A stretch of DNA of 64,000 nucleotides, taken from contig OZ024740.1 in NCBI GenBank assembly GCA_964016885.1, positions 56,668,001-56,732,000 on the forward strand. The letters run 5' to 3'. The translations under genes were made by a program, and so were the position numbers. This document shows, one piece after another, positions 12,971 to 27,973 of the stretch (its first letter is position 1; the number at the start of each line of letters is the position of its first letter). The notes beneath the pieces are model-generated. The model was not told where the DNA came from and searched no databases. It saw only the letters and a program-made list of their open reading frames with translations. This stretch comes from Eledone cirrhosa (taxonomy: Eukaryota).

Positions 12971-13203
12971 GCTTTTTACGCGAACTTGAAGTACGCGATT
13001 TCGCTTTAACAGCTCTTGAAAAGTATTATTAAATAATCACTTTGCGTGAATAACGCGCTACAACGCCTGTGGTTTTTAATTTTTATTATTTATCAAAAAT
13101 ATATATCTTGAATTACGTAAATTTGCTTTATGCGCCGCGTTCCCGAACGCATATTCGCGTAAGAAGCGAACACGCTGTATATATTCCCACACCTTAATTC
13201 ATG

Positions 13204-14681
13204 TTTTTTTTTAAGACAATAATTATTTATTTACAATAGTTTATAACTTTGCCTATTAATCCATATGGTGAGCAAATGGGGTCCCACGTGCTCGCCTCCC
13301 CACAACCCTGGTGGGCAGGATGGAGAAGGCGTTTCCCTGAAGGATGGTAAGGGAGATGCGCTGGAAGAGCCATTCCAACTCGAGAGGCTCACACATGCGG
13401 CTGGCCAGCTCAGCGCCTATGGAGGAGAATAGGGAGGTATCCCTAGGGCCAAGGACACCAGAAGTCTCTATTGCCAAGGGCACGACCGAGAACCTGTCGG
13501 AGAGCGACTGGTACTTGGAGAGTTTGGCCTCCTCAACCCGACGTGCAGCAGTACCTGGGTTAGTCGCAGACTGCACCAGGTTGTGGCTGGAGAAAGTGTC
13601 GCTGCAAGTGGCATCCCACACGAGGGGTTTACGCTTTGGGGGGACTTGACGTAAGCAGGGGGAGAAGGAGGAGGGGCGTTTACCGGGCTAAGTCCCAGCC
13701 TGTCCCACGTCTCACAGGCGATCACGCTCCCTGAACACAGAGGGTTCTATTGTGTTTTGGAGAACCCTGCTGACGAGGACGCGGCATAAGGTTACCGATG
13801 AAAGAAACGCCGGCAAAGCCAGCGAGATCGTGGACCGGAGGCCAAGGCCGCCAAATCTGACAGGTAAAGTGGCCTGTTGCCATCCAATGTCGTCAAACCA
13901 GACGTTGCATATCTCCTCAGCTGCCGCTAGGATACTAATATCGAGGTCAGTGAGGAGAGATGCGTGGCTGTAGCTGAGCGCTGCGAAGGGTGTAGAAGAG
14001 CTTCGGTATGGTGAAGCAGTTCCTCAACAGGAAGAGAGCTGGGTGGCCGTCGATCATGCCCAGTCGGCTCGTGAGGGTCTGGAGTTGTTGGAGCCTATAC
14101 CTGATGGTTGAGCGCATGACCGGCGAGTGGATCGGTGATCCGAGGATGAGGACATCCTCTTTGGCGGTCACCTGTACCTGGTGGAGAATGGACCGCACGT
14201 CCAAGACGGAGGGTGCAAAGCTCTGAGCATCATAGCTGACATTCACCACCTCCGACTTGAACGAGTTGACCTGAAGGCCGATTCCCTCCAGAGTAGGAAC
14301 CACCGATTAAAGGTCATAGCAGACAGTCTCCACGGGCCCGCCCAGCGTAGCATCGTCCATGTACCAAACGTTGAGAGGGGCCGTGATACTCCGGGCAATG
14401 TGGTCTATACCAAGGGCAAACAGGAGGGTGCCCAGAGGGTCGCCCTGTTGGACCCCAGTGTCCGAAGGTATGACCGTGTCAGCAGCAAGGAGCATTCTCG
14501 GGGCTCCATATAACAAATAGGCCAGCGGGTAGGCAGAGGGGACTCGGCTGAGGCAGGTATTGAGCATATGGTCCAGCGTATGCAGTTAAAGGCATTTCTC
14601 ATGTCAAACTTGACAATGAGATGCCTGGAGTCCCTGGATGCCACTATTGTAAATACATAATTATTGTCTTTAAAAAAAAAA
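13204..14681 (-). mobile_element. 5'-truncated, internally deleted CRE-like non-LTR retrotransposon with an inverted second 3' tail; 11-bp TSD
   Basis: FDMRNAFN, GVQQGDPLG.LLF.L, WYMDDATL, WDATC.DT...K..KY..L......P.AIET.G..G (restriction-like endonuclease). Poly(A) at 13204-13212. TSD aattcatgttt at 13196-13206 and 14680-14690. Confidence 0.85.
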
Positions 14682-14759
14682 TTCATGTTTACAATCTTGA
14701 TTAAAATATTTCAAATATGAATCAATGTCGGAAAATCTGATAATCCAGTAACAAAATAC

Positions 14760-14848
14760 CTTGTTGCACGGCTTCTATCTGCCCTGGTCCTTGGCATGGT
14801 AAGTCAGGTACTTTATCAAAACGTTGGTCTAAAGGTGATGCTTGAGTA
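14760..14848 (-). CDS. RIM-family protein exon preceding C2B
   Basis: tctttcag acceptor, gtattt donor, 89 nt, phase 2->1: STQASPLDQRFDKVPDLPCQGPGQIEAVQQ. GPGQI corresponds to the GP(A/G)Q motif just before RIM C2B. Confidence 0.85.
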
Positions 14849-15036
14849 CTGAAAGATAATATGATATATAATTTTAGTTTCAATTCAGTAAATTATATAA
14901 ATATCGTATAAAGGAGAGCATTTATGTGTGACAGTAATTATTATCCATCACATCTTAAATAGTTATATCTTAATTGGCTTTAATTAACAAAATGAAATTC
15001 ATCATAAGTTGATATAAGAAAATTCTAGAAGCTGCA

Positions 15037-15232
15037 CAGACCTGCCAACCTCTAAAAACCCAAACGAAGAGTACCATGAAAATAAAGTGCCCCAAAACGG
15101 GGAGAAATAAGGCAAAATGGAGAAATTTTACATAATGAAAGCTATATCTATTTTCACAAGAGAAGACATCTCTCACCCACTTTGGCGTGGGTGAGAGATC
15201 TCTCCGTCGGACGGGGAGAGTTGACAGGTCTG
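15037..15232. mobile_element. MITE with hAT-like termini
   Basis: TIRs cagacctgccaac / gttgacaggtctg. No clean TSD. Confidence 0.55.
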
Positions 15233-17174
15233 CAGTAGAACGCCTACGGGTTCTTTCGAAGGGATTATACCATCTTAAACAATGAATTCTGTTTATTTGT
15301 TTCCCGATAGAAAGATTAATAAAAACGAAAAGAGAAACTCATAATAGAAATTAACATCGGGTCGCAGGTGTCGAATAGCGATACTGTCTCCAGATATGAT
15401 GATTAATTGCGATATAAATGAGCTCCTGTCCGAGGAATAAGCAATCCCGGACCAAACAGTGGTGAGCTACTAGGGAAAATGACGCAATTGGTGATATTGT
15501 CAGAAGCTTCTTGTTAGGGAGAAATTAATCTACAGACAGTAGAATCGACTGGTGGTTGGGCAGTTGAAACCGCAGTTTCTGTATATAAACTACAACATTT
15601 AGACACTAAGTATAGAGTTTTGTGTCTATAAATTACTTTTGATAGGTATGTTCTTTAACCGTATATCAGTTAGAAAATATTGGATCAAGACATATATATC
15701 TACAATTAAAGCTTCGAAAACTCAACACACAGTAAATAGGAGATGTATGAAGTACGTTGTTTAAGTATCATAATTTCTCAGGTGAAATTTAAAGCAATAA
15801 AAACATATATGACAAAAGTAAGGATAGACGTAGTATTTTATGACACACTTGTATTTAAACTTGTATCAACATTTATGAAGATACTATCGAGACTTAGTAA
15901 AGTGTTGTTTAGTTTGTCAACATAGCTACTTGTACGATTTATTATTATGGCACAGCTACAGTATTGCAGGTGGAAATTGAAGATAAATGACAGTCACTTC
16001 TATATTTAATAAAATACAGGAAACAATACTGAAATATCTAAATAAAATATTCATGAATATATAAATCATTTCTACTTGCTTGGATTTGATCCTTAGGCAG
16101 ATGGTTTCCATTGGTCTCTTTATGAGTTTTTTATTTTTTATTTTATTAGCATTTTCTTTGTAATATTATTGGTTTCCGTGTTAAACACAAGGGCTTTTAT
16201 ATTGAGGAGAAATATTCATTGGAATTTTAAATAAATATTGTGTTTACCAATTCAGCTATGTTTTGTAATCGTGTTTCATTTTACCTTTATTATACTCACA
16301 CCAGAAACAGTGCCTAACTGTTTTTCACATATATGTTATAATTAATACTTATATACTTTTGAAATAAGCTTTAATTTGAATTTAAGTATCTTCAGAAATG
16401 TATTATATGTTTGGAAATACTTAACTTGTGAGTCTAAAGTAAAACAACAACTATTCGTTTGGTTTCGTGTAGGTTTACGAATTACTCAACATAATTACAA
16501 AATAAAGGAAGAAGGAAACATTTGTTGCAAAATGACAAATGTTTTGTTTTCTTCCATTCAAATTAAAACAAACATTGCTAGAACTCATACGTAAACAAGA
16601 TAGTGTTTATTCACTTCATAAAATCAAAATTACATTTGTTTTCGCTATAATAATTTAAAACTATTTTCGTGTGCTTAGGTTTACATATAAAACAATACTT
16701 TCGAGAACTAGAAACTTCACTTTTTAGAGCAGAAATCTGATACTGACTCTAATTTATAAGTATCACTATTTTTTATTCGATGCAAGATTTATTTAAAAAT
16801 ATTAGATCCCTTTCAATTTGATACAAATTGACCACGAAGATGGAACACCTTACGTACATCGAAATTTGATTTGAGTTTGTATCCCTAACAGATACAAGTT
16901 GTCTGGAATTTTGTGATGGGCTTCGTCATCTTTTCAGTGTCTCTAGAAAGTAATTCAATTTGGAATTGCACACCTGTCTTGAGATGACAGCAAACTAATT
17001 TCAATCTTGCCAGTGTTTTTGTTGATATCTCCCATCTTTGACAGTTGTATAACACCCCATATCTTATTTCATGTGACTATCTCCAATCTTATTTCTATTC
17101 TATTTCTATTTCTCCTATCTGAATGACTTTTATTTATCTATTCAGTATTATCAGAAACCAGTTACTCTCGGAAG

Positions 17175-17654
17175 CAGGGTTTTACCTAAACCATTAGGCA
17201 TTTCCCTTTTCTCACGGAAAAATAATTTATTTCACGTTTGACCTGTTTATTGATCCCACCAATTACTGGTATAGATCATCAGTAGCTTCCTTCGATCATA
17301 CTATTTATTTAAGTAACAACCTATTCGATAAATACACAGTGTTCCCTTTGTTGTCATCAATTTTACCTTGTGTGAAATAGACTGTCTTAGATAAGACGTT
17401 TTCAATAATTGTGCCGTGAAACATTTGTCTTCTATGGGTTTCATGTGTACCGAAAGTTTTTGGCGAGTCGGAAAATGCTAGGATATTTAGAAAATGTTGT
17501 GTTTTAAATGCTCGCATCATTGCATGTGCACTTTTTATGGCCTTGTGCAATGAATACGCCAATCCCTTTTAAAAATACTAATCAGAAATAATATTACTCT
17601 TCATTATAATAGTTTAGTGTCTTATTCGGCGTGGAACACGTTTGAAAATCTCTG
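17175..17654. mobile_element. Old hAT/Charlie-like non-autonomous DNA transposon
   Basis: Imperfect TIRs cagggttttacctaaac / gtttgaaaatctctg. No TSD resolved. Confidence 0.35.
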
Positions 17655-17822
17655 CCCTAGATAGATTAGAATATTTAGTAAGGTGTCATGGAGTTGACTG
17701 CAATGCAGTGTCAATAAGAGGATGGGAACTCTATTGGGTCAAATATATGTAGCTCCAAATCTGGTCTGAAACAGAAATATTTCTATGAAAGAGAAAAACA
17801 TATTTCAAAGAGTATTAGTTAC

Positions 17823-17913
17823 CTCCTAAGTATTTCAGCTGATGTAGTATCTGCATGGAGACTTGCAATACTAGTCGCCTGCGACAGGGGTGTAGCAAGA
17901 TCTCCCAACTGTG
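17823..17913 (-). CDS. RIM-family protein linker exon
   Basis: cattacag acceptor, gtaact donor, 91 nt, phase 1->2 (the phase needed to join its neighbours): PQLGDLATPLSQATSIASLHADTTSAEILR. Confidence 0.78.
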
Positions 17914-19730
17914 CTGTAATGATGTTAAATAATTAAATCTCATGTCATACACATTAAAAATATACATATATACATATACACATATACATATTAAAAATAA
18001 CATAAACATTAACATAAGTACATCAATAGCTTTAAACCAAGACGATACTGAACCGCACCAGGAGGATTAACATTTTAAGCGAATTGTGGTAAGTACTATA
18101 AAGAATGAGGTAAATTCTGAGAAGCAGTTTCCTCCCCCACATAAAGTTATTTTATTTGATTTAGACTGTAAATATTCGTAGAAAAGGCATGAACGTAATT
18201 CCTTCAAGCGTAGCTTCTAAAATAAGCATACCGTTTCACGTTTGTTGGAAGGTATATAATGAATTCTATCGTTCCCAGTACTCGACTGGTATTTTATATC
18301 GATTTCGAGTGGATGAACGGCAAAATTGCCCTTGGTATTATTTGAAACCAGAATATAAAGAAAGAAGAGTTACTAAACCATATACAGTAATATTTTCCTC
18401 ACTGCTCAACCGATTCTATGAATCATAACTCTTAAATTAAGTAAAAATATTTATATAATCTACTATATTATGTTATATTATTATATTATATTAAATTCTG
18501 TTCATTATATTATATTATATTATATCAACATATAAGATATTTGTGTTTGGTAAAAAGAAAACCGATATCACCAATTCGTTTTAACTTGGGGTGTGGATAA
18601 TGTTTGTTTGAGAATCATATCAATGATCAATATACCAATATTTTGTGTGGTGTTTGGTGAGAAGCTTCGGATAACTGATAATCGCGTCGAGACAGCATCA
18701 GTGTTTTGATTCCTGTTTGATGCAAGTTTATTTAGATTCATTTATATAAGGAATAAGGAATCTTTTGGGCACCAGGGGCGAATTTAATGAGTATAAGAAC
18801 TGTGTCTTGTAAAAAGTAAGAAATTTAGTTTTACAAATATGTTTGTATGCTGCTTATAGCTGAAATATTTTTTTCCAAGCGGATTGTTTCAAACCTTTTT
18901 CAGTATTTATTCAGTAGGAAGCTTCAGGATTGAATGCTAACGAAATTTCGCCCACGATCGAGGAGGTACTCAAAGCTGATTTATATTTTTGGAAAATACA
19001 AACATCTTACTTAATATCTCTCCCATATTATAAAAGTCGCATCTGTTAGACTTGTTAAACAAAAATTGCTTTGCTTTGTATTTTCTGTGATAAAATTGCT
19101 TTCTGGTAAAAATAAAAAATAAAACATACAAAACATATTCTTCCAATTTCAATATAGAGCTGTAGCCACAAGCCAGTGTAGTTACTAGATCTGCTAGAAA
19201 TATCAACCAAATCTCTCCTAAATCATATCCATTGCCTTATATATGGAAATGTCACATTAGATAGTGTAGTCTGATATAGCCCTAAAAAGACAGGTTGTCA
19301 ATGACTGGAAAGCATTCGTCACAGGCCCGCTTGATTAAAATTAGTTATAAACACAAACACACCACTAAGAATCGGTCAATTGCAATTACTTTTCAAGTAA
19401 CAAGCTTACCTAACACTAAGCAGTGGAACAACTGTATAAATCACAACAATTTTAGTAAGTACTTTGCCCAAATTCTCCTTCGGATCCAGTAAAAGGTAAC
19501 ATGCCATAACACCCATCGTAGAGCACTGCCGAAACAAATTGTGTATCTTGGCCATTTTAAAACAGGTGGAGCCCAGCCCTTTCCAGGACATAATACGGGC
19601 GATGTTATCCATAAAACGAAAGACATGGAAGACAAATCGGCCCCAGTACTTGAATGCTACTTATTTATCGATCTCAAAAGGATGGAAAATAAAGTTGACC
19701 TCGGTGGGATTTGAACGCAGAGCAGACGCT

Positions 19731-21054
<1,324 letters not shown>

Positions 21055-21865
21055 CTCATTAAAAAAACAACAGAATGTCGAACTGGAAAATTTATGATTT
21101 TAATTCCGCGAAAACTATATACACATTTCAATGGTCCAGCTTCATCATACGAATATGATGCAAGACCCAGGCAATTTCAACCCTTCAACATACGTGTACA
21201 ATTGAATAATGATTATGCTGGTGTTGAGATTACTCTAAAGTGAGTCATGCCTATAATCTTCTTTCGACTTGTAGTTTAAGTTCAATAACTAACTTTGCTT
21301 CAATTTTATTAACGTTTCAATACTTTCTACAGTCAATTTCGTCCCTATGAATATATATGTTTTCATTTATATATTCCACCACTCGCTGTTATAATAAATA
21401 TAACCTATTGATAATCGTATCCATTAGTCAGTATTTGTTTCTAGATGCAAATATATACCTTCCTCCAAACGACCACAAATATTTTATTTTTACTACGTAT
21501 TCAATCACCTCGTAACTAATAATAATGAAATCAGTATTTCATATGCCGGAACGTTTTATAATTCTTTAGACCGAGATCAACTTTAACCAAGCAGATCTAT
21601 ACAAAAAGCGTTCCATCTTAATTTCAGATAATATAAGTCCTTCACTTTGTTAGAAGGTCAGATGTGTTTTCAGGACAATCTATCTGCTATTTCTAGCGAG
21701 CCCAATGTTCACATATAGGCTTTATCGTCGAAGCAATCTTTATTATTCATTATGTTTAATTTAGATTCTGACCTATAGTTACAATAACAGATGAGAAAAT
21801 ACAGAAAAGCTAACATAAATATGTATACAGATTATTATTGATCGTTAACTATAATCTATACTTAC

Positions 21866-21994
21866 GTGCACTGCCTCTGTTCTGCAAGGAAGATGGCAGC
21901 AAATAGTCTTTGATGTCCAAGGTGTGTACGTTACCAGCACTAATACTGCGGTTGACTGGCTGGGAGAAATCTTCCACTATTAATGTATGTAAAT
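21866..21994 (-). CDS. RIM-family protein linker exon
   Basis: ctttcag acceptor (an in-frame alternative taatag lies 18 nt downstream), gtaagt donor, 129 nt, phase 1->1: DLHTLIVEDFSQPVNRSISAGNVHTLDIKDYLLPSSLQNRGSA. Confidence 0.75.
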
Positions 21995-22341
21995 CTGAAA
22001 GTATTTTCATAGTTGAATCATTGTTTTTCATGCATATTTACATCACATTGAAAATGAGTCATGAGCGATTGACTGTCAGTCCAGCAATTAAGAGGATTGG
22101 AAATGTGCATTATGTCATCCTTGCTCTGCTGTGTCCATGGCTAAAGCGTTAAACCCTCATTGACTCATGTAAATGTTTTGATTGATTTCGATTCAAATAT
22201 TTCTAGTAGTAAACTTTGGAGAGGAATAAGCTCTTCAAGGTTCATTTCTCTTGATATAATTCGTATAATCTATATACATTAGAGTAGGGCTCTTCATAAG
22301 TTCACCCTTACACCTTTATTTATATTTGTTATTTCTGCAAT

Positions 22342-24815
22342 GACTTGGGCTTTGGTGTTGGTGTAGAGCAGTGATATCAGGTCCACTATCCTCTTGGGGA
22401 TTCCATAAGCCTGTAAGATCTTCATCAGGCAGTAACAGTCCACAGAATCAAAGGCCTTCCTAAAGTCAATGAAAACCATGACCGCAGGAAGGCACTTTGC
22501 TCTAGCTCCCTCTAATATCCTCCTCAGCATCAGGATGTGACTGGTGGTTGATCTACCCTCTCTGAAGCCGTTCTGGTTGTCCCTGAGCTTCTTCTCCATC
22601 ACAGGCTGGATCCTGTTAAGAATCATCCTGTTGAGGGTCTTTGCCACAAGTGACGTCAGTGAGATCCCCCGGTAGTTGTTGGTGTTAGAGAGATCTCCCT
22701 TCTTTGGCACTGGGACGATGTTACTGATCCTCCACTGATTCGGGGCAACTCCTTTCTCCAGTGCCCCGTTACAGAACCCCAGGATGATATCATCAAAATC
22801 ACACCTCTTCATCACCTCTGATGCCACTCCATCTTCTCCATGAGCCTTGCCCTCCTTGATCTTCTTCTTGGCTCTCTGAAGCTCCTCTCTGGTGAAGGGC
22901 TCTGTCTCAACATCCAGTTCCTCAAACAGCCGCCTGATCTCCCCAGTGCTCTGGGCTGTGGAGGGTGGCTCTCCTAGTAGGGTCCTAAAATGGTCTAGCC
23001 ATTTCCTCTTCCTATCCTCGGGCCCCGTTCCCTGGATCTGACTCGAACACCTTTTCTTCCTCCCTGTGATCTCGTTGATGATCATCCAGCTCTCCTTACA
23101 TCCAGATCTGTCAACCGCTCTCTCCACACTTCTGATCTTCTCTATCAGTGCCTCCTCTCTGACCTCAGTGTAAGCGGTACAGAGCTCTTCCCTCATCACC
23201 TCCACAGTCTCCATCCTCTCCTCCGTAGGATCAGCATAGAATTGGTCCCTGGCAGCTTTCAGGTGTTCTCTGGCTGCACACACTTTTGGGTTTGCAGAGC
23301 TGACGTGCTTCCCTTTGTTCTTTTTCCTCGGCACCAGGGTTTCACTTGCTTTCGCCACTGCATTGGTGAAGTGCCCGTACCTCCTCGTCACACTCCCCTC
23401 AGTCCATCCAATCTCTCTCTCCTTTGACTCTCCACACAGAGCACTAAACCTGTTTCTCACTTCCACTGTGAACCTCTCCTGTAGCTTATCATCTTCCTTG
23501 AAAGCTCCCCAATCATAGATTGTTCTCCGGGGCTGAGCCTTGCTCTTTCTTAAGCTCACGCGGACCTCACTCATAACAAGCCGGTGGTCACTACCCAGTG
23601 TACTGAAATAGCTGTATGGTTCCGTGTTCAGAACACTATTCCGCCACTTTTTCCTCACCAGAATGAAATCAATCTGGGACTTGGACAGGTGCATATCTGA
23701 GATGTAGGTCCACATCTTCCCCAGATTCTTCCTAAACCTTAGGTTGGTCGCCATCAAGTTCGCCTCCAGCAGGGTGTCTCTCAGTAGTCTTCCATTTCGG
23801 TTGGTGTTGTTATGGAAGTACCAGCAAGGATCTTCACTGCCCAAGTCATTACACCTGATGGGATGACAGAGTTCTTTGAGATACTGGCTGGAGTGCTCCA
23901 GGGAGATACATTGGCTCCCTACCTTTTTATCATCGTAGTGGACTATTGTATGCGCCTTGCACTGGAGAAACACCAGGACTCTGGCTTTACTGTAGCACCG
24001 GCTCAGAGCAGGAGAGTTGGGGCGAAAAAGGTATCGGATGCTGAATTTGCCGATGACATAGTTTTGGTGACAAATACAGTGAAGGAGGCAGAGGATTTGA
24101 TGCGGGAGGTTGAGACTGTGTCGATGAGTGTGGGGCTGAGAATGAATGAGACTAAAATAAAATATCTGGTAGAGAATGTTGAGAAGCCAGAGGGGATCAC
24201 TAATGTAGGCGGGAAGCCGCTGGAATTGGTTGAGGACTTCCTGTATTTGGGAGCAAAGATTGGGAATACGGAAGATGATGTTGTTGAGAGGAAGAGCAAG
24301 GCCTGGGCGGCGTGTCACAGCTTGAGATCGGTGTGGAAGTCGGACCTTCGTAGAGACCTGAAAATCCGCCTCTTCATTGCTGTAGTGGAGTCTGTGCTGC
24401 TGTATGGGTCTGAGACTTGGACTCTGACCAAGAGACTCACTCAGATGTTGGATGGGTGCTACACGAGAATGCTGAGGATGGCTCTGAACATTAATCAGTA
24501 TACACTGAGGATGAAAAACTTAGAGCTGTATGGGAGCATCCCAAAGTCAGCTCAAAAGTGACACAGAGGAGACTGAGGTTGGCTGGACATGCTCACCGAC
24601 ATCCAGAGTTGACATTGCACTCAGTGCTCCTTTGGGAGCCCCTACATGGACACACTAGAAGAGGAAGACCAAGGTTAACATATGTTGATGCCCTAAGGAC
24701 AGACACTGGTCTGTTGGAGTTGCAGGATATGGCAGCGATAATGAGGGACAGAGACCGCTGGAGAGAACTCGTCCATGGATCTTGGGAATTTTACCCGCCT
24801 TAGATAGATAGATAG
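22342..24815. mobile_element. RTE-like (RTE/RTEX group) LINE with 5' inversion: minus piece about 22342-23840 (APE end to RT N-half), plus piece about 23839-24800 (RT C-half to 3' end), (TAGA)n tail
   Basis: Minus piece: SQIDFIL, GSDHRLV, NYRGISL, QNGFR, FIDFRKAFDSV...NTKAQVI. Plus piece: AQVITPDG...GVLQGDTLAP, FADDIVL, LLYGSETW, LAGH..RH. TSD atttctgcaat at 22331-22341 and 24816-24826. Confidence 0.92.
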
Positions 24816-25515
24816 ATTTCTGCAATATATTTGTGTCTAACAATATACGTTACACACGTCTATGTACATACCATCAATTTTTATAAGTTTATCATGTTTA
24901 GGTGATCAAGTGTCTCTTTACTTATATCAGTTTTACATATTTTTGAATCGGTCGGATTATACATTGTTAGAATGTTGATTAAAGATCCTTCCCTTAGTTT
25001 AAATCCCTCAGCTAATTACTATGAGCCCATAAGTTCTGCAAAGAGACTCTCTAATTAGACGGTACACACAGCCACATAAATGAGCCACGAGATGTTACAA
25101 TCCTATTCTGAAAAAAGAGTTAGCGCTATGTAGTTAATAGGTTTTGAATAGTTAGACTATCAATCTGTGTTCGATAGGTAAGGAACTCGCCGATCAAGAT
25201 GTGCCGTCAAAGACCGAAGATACAGCTGCTTTCTCCAAAACGAAAAAGCAATAAAAACACTACACGAGAGGAAATTTCAATTGACTAACAGATGCACTTA
25301 AGGAAAGCATGATATTTAAATGTTACCACTACAGTTCGATAAATTACAGGACTCACACATTTACGGAAGTGGTTAAGAATATTTTCTTTAAAAAAATAAT
25401 TTATTTTTTATTCAGTCTCTGAAATTTGTTTGTTCTAAACTAGAGATATTATTTTACTCAAAGCTGTGGGATTTAAACCTAGCGCTCTGAAAGTCTTGTG
25501 TCACTATTACTAGTG

Positions 25516-25700
25516 ACGTAGTATGGCCGAGTGGTTAAGGAATTCAATTTGTAATCACTAGATCCCGGATTTGATCATGTGGTATCTTGAGCAAGTGTTA
25601 TTTACCATAACCATGAGTCGACCCATGTCTTGTGAATGAAATTGGGTAGATTGAAACTGATTGGAAGCCCGTCAGATGAGATGTACCTGTGATACAAAGA
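25516..25700 (+). mobile_element. Degenerate tRNA-derived SINE (second family)
   Basis: tggccgagtggttaag A-box head followed by cttgagcaagtg...; no complete tRNA cloverleaf. Confidence 0.5.
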
Positions 25701-26671
25701 GCCAAAACAATATGAAAATGTGCATTCTCCTTGTAGTTGACATAGACATATCGAGTAGATACGATACGTCAATTCTTAGTATTGAACTGCTATCAAATTC
25801 CGCACGTGCTATTTTTTTATGTCCCATTGATTAATCTTATTTGTCGTTTATCTTCCCTTGGAAAAAAGTATTCTTCTTTGTATGAGAAACTGTAAGTTAA
25901 AAATGGGATTTCTTTGTGACACTAGATAAAATGTATTAATACTTCTTTCATACAAATGATTTATTTTCAAATGTTTGCTAACATCATTGGTAATAGTTAG
26001 CAGAGTATGTGCACGCAAATATAATGGCGTTAATGTTCTGGTATGTTTAGTAAATTATTGCATTACTGTCGTGCTCTTTAATGTGCTGTAGATGTCAGAC
26101 AAAGTTAGTAGTATGAAATGAAGTTATGAAAGACATGTTTAAATGTAAGCAAAAAATTAGCTTTGACTCTTTCATGAAACTGAACATGATGCAACATTTT
26201 AAAAGTATTGCTGATTGGAAGATAACATTAAAGTATTAGTCTACTGTAAAATGATCAAAGTTACAAATTTCATTGCATCATGAACTTGAAAACTTGACAT
26301 CTTCTGACGGTATTGCTTGGCGTCTGGGAGAGTAGACAGAATTGTTTGCAAAGGAGAATATACTAGCAGAGAAATCAATAAATGGTAACATAACAGATGG
26401 AATATCTACACTGGATTATATTTACAATAGACGCAAAGAAAACCGCAAACATCAAATCAGCAGAGAAAACATAAATAAAAAAAAAATATACAATAAAATG
26501 AAGATTTTATATTATCTTCTAGGATATTAATTTTTTTTTTTATTATATCCTATAATTTTGTGACGTATATGACTTAATATTCTAATATACCTCATATTTC
26601 TTAATAAAACGCATCAATATTTATGCAATTGAAATAGCAAATATAAAGTTATATACATATATGTATATATA

Positions 26672-26860
26672 CTAGCATAATACCCGTCGACATGACGGGG
26701 TGTATAGTTCAAAATATTCAATTGAATAATTCCTTAATTACAACATTTTACATAGAGACGCTTAAATCTCAAGTTTCCTGCACCTTCGTAATTTTCACTC
26801 TATCAACAAATCACCACTACATCCCTATCAGATGCGCATCTCTTGTCGTCTTTAACTTGG
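26672..26860 (-). mobile_element. Helitron 3' terminal fragment
   Basis: Minus strand reads cccgtc-atgtc-gacggg hairpin, 8-nt spacer, then CTAG|T. The 5' extent is approximate. Confidence 0.6.
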
Positions 26861-26861
26861 A

Positions 26862-26951
<90 letters not shown>

Positions 26952-27365
26952 GTGGCATTAAGAAAAACAGATTGAAGCTTCAGTTCGACATATGTTATTC
27001 GTTTGGTAAATACGGGTCACATGTGTTTCGCAGTTGACCAGGTCAGAGCTTTAATCGATTACAATCCGCTCAGCTCTAGGTTCAATTTAATTGTCATAAA
27101 CACTGGAGATAAGAGCATCTCTGTTTTACTAATGAAATACATTGAACTAAAACTTCCATCTCTGTTTCTTAAAATTAATACTATGTATATATCTACAAAA
27201 ACAAACAGATGTCGATATTAATCCACGCATTAAATACTGAATATCCAATGTATGAAAAAGCATTAACTGATAATACACGTACCACATGTAGTAATGACTC
27301 ACCAACTAGCATTATATACATTCACACACACGCACAGACATACATACATATATATATATATGTAT

Positions 27366-27469
<104 letters not shown>

Positions 27470-27476
27470 ATATATA

Positions 27477-27532
<56 letters not shown>

Positions 27533-27600
27533 TTACAGTCAAGAATTTCTGTAAAAATTTAAGCAGAACTTAGCAAGTTTCACGCGTGTGTCCATCCCTG

Positions 27601-27688
<88 letters not shown>

Positions 27689-27803
27689 CGTTTGTATATG
27701 TATAATAAAGCCAAAACAATGCAGGTATGGACATAGAATAAAGAATGCAAATGCAAAAGATAGTGTTGACAATTAGTCTTTTACCTTAGATTTATTTAAA
27801 TGT

Positions 27804-27838
27804 GCTTAATTTTCGAGATAATATCTCTTCTTCAGAGC
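27804..27838 (-). ncRNA. Minimal type I hammerhead ribozyme motif (Penelope-type)
   Basis: GCT-CTGAAGA-A-GAGAT(ATT)ATCTC-GAAA-AT-TA-AGC: core boxes, 5-bp stem II, 3-bp stem I, palindromic AATT stem III. Confidence 0.65.
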
Positions 27839-27914
27839 GAAGTAAAGTTGTCAACCAGTGTTCTAAATAGCTTGCCAAGTCATGCTGACAGGAAATGGTT
27901 AGCTATAACCTCCT

Positions 27915-27971
<57 letters not shown>

Positions 27972-27973
<2 letters not shown>

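Noticed and set aside
22294-24318. 674-aa ORF as a single intact gene
   Set aside because: Chimeric: the first 160 or so residues are the antisense reading of the inverted RT half, and the C-terminus runs into flanking DNA.
25516-25590. tRNA gene (also the heads at about 8130-8210 and 41772-41840)
   Set aside because: A/B-box-like motifs only; no complete cloverleaf, and each continues into a SINE body.
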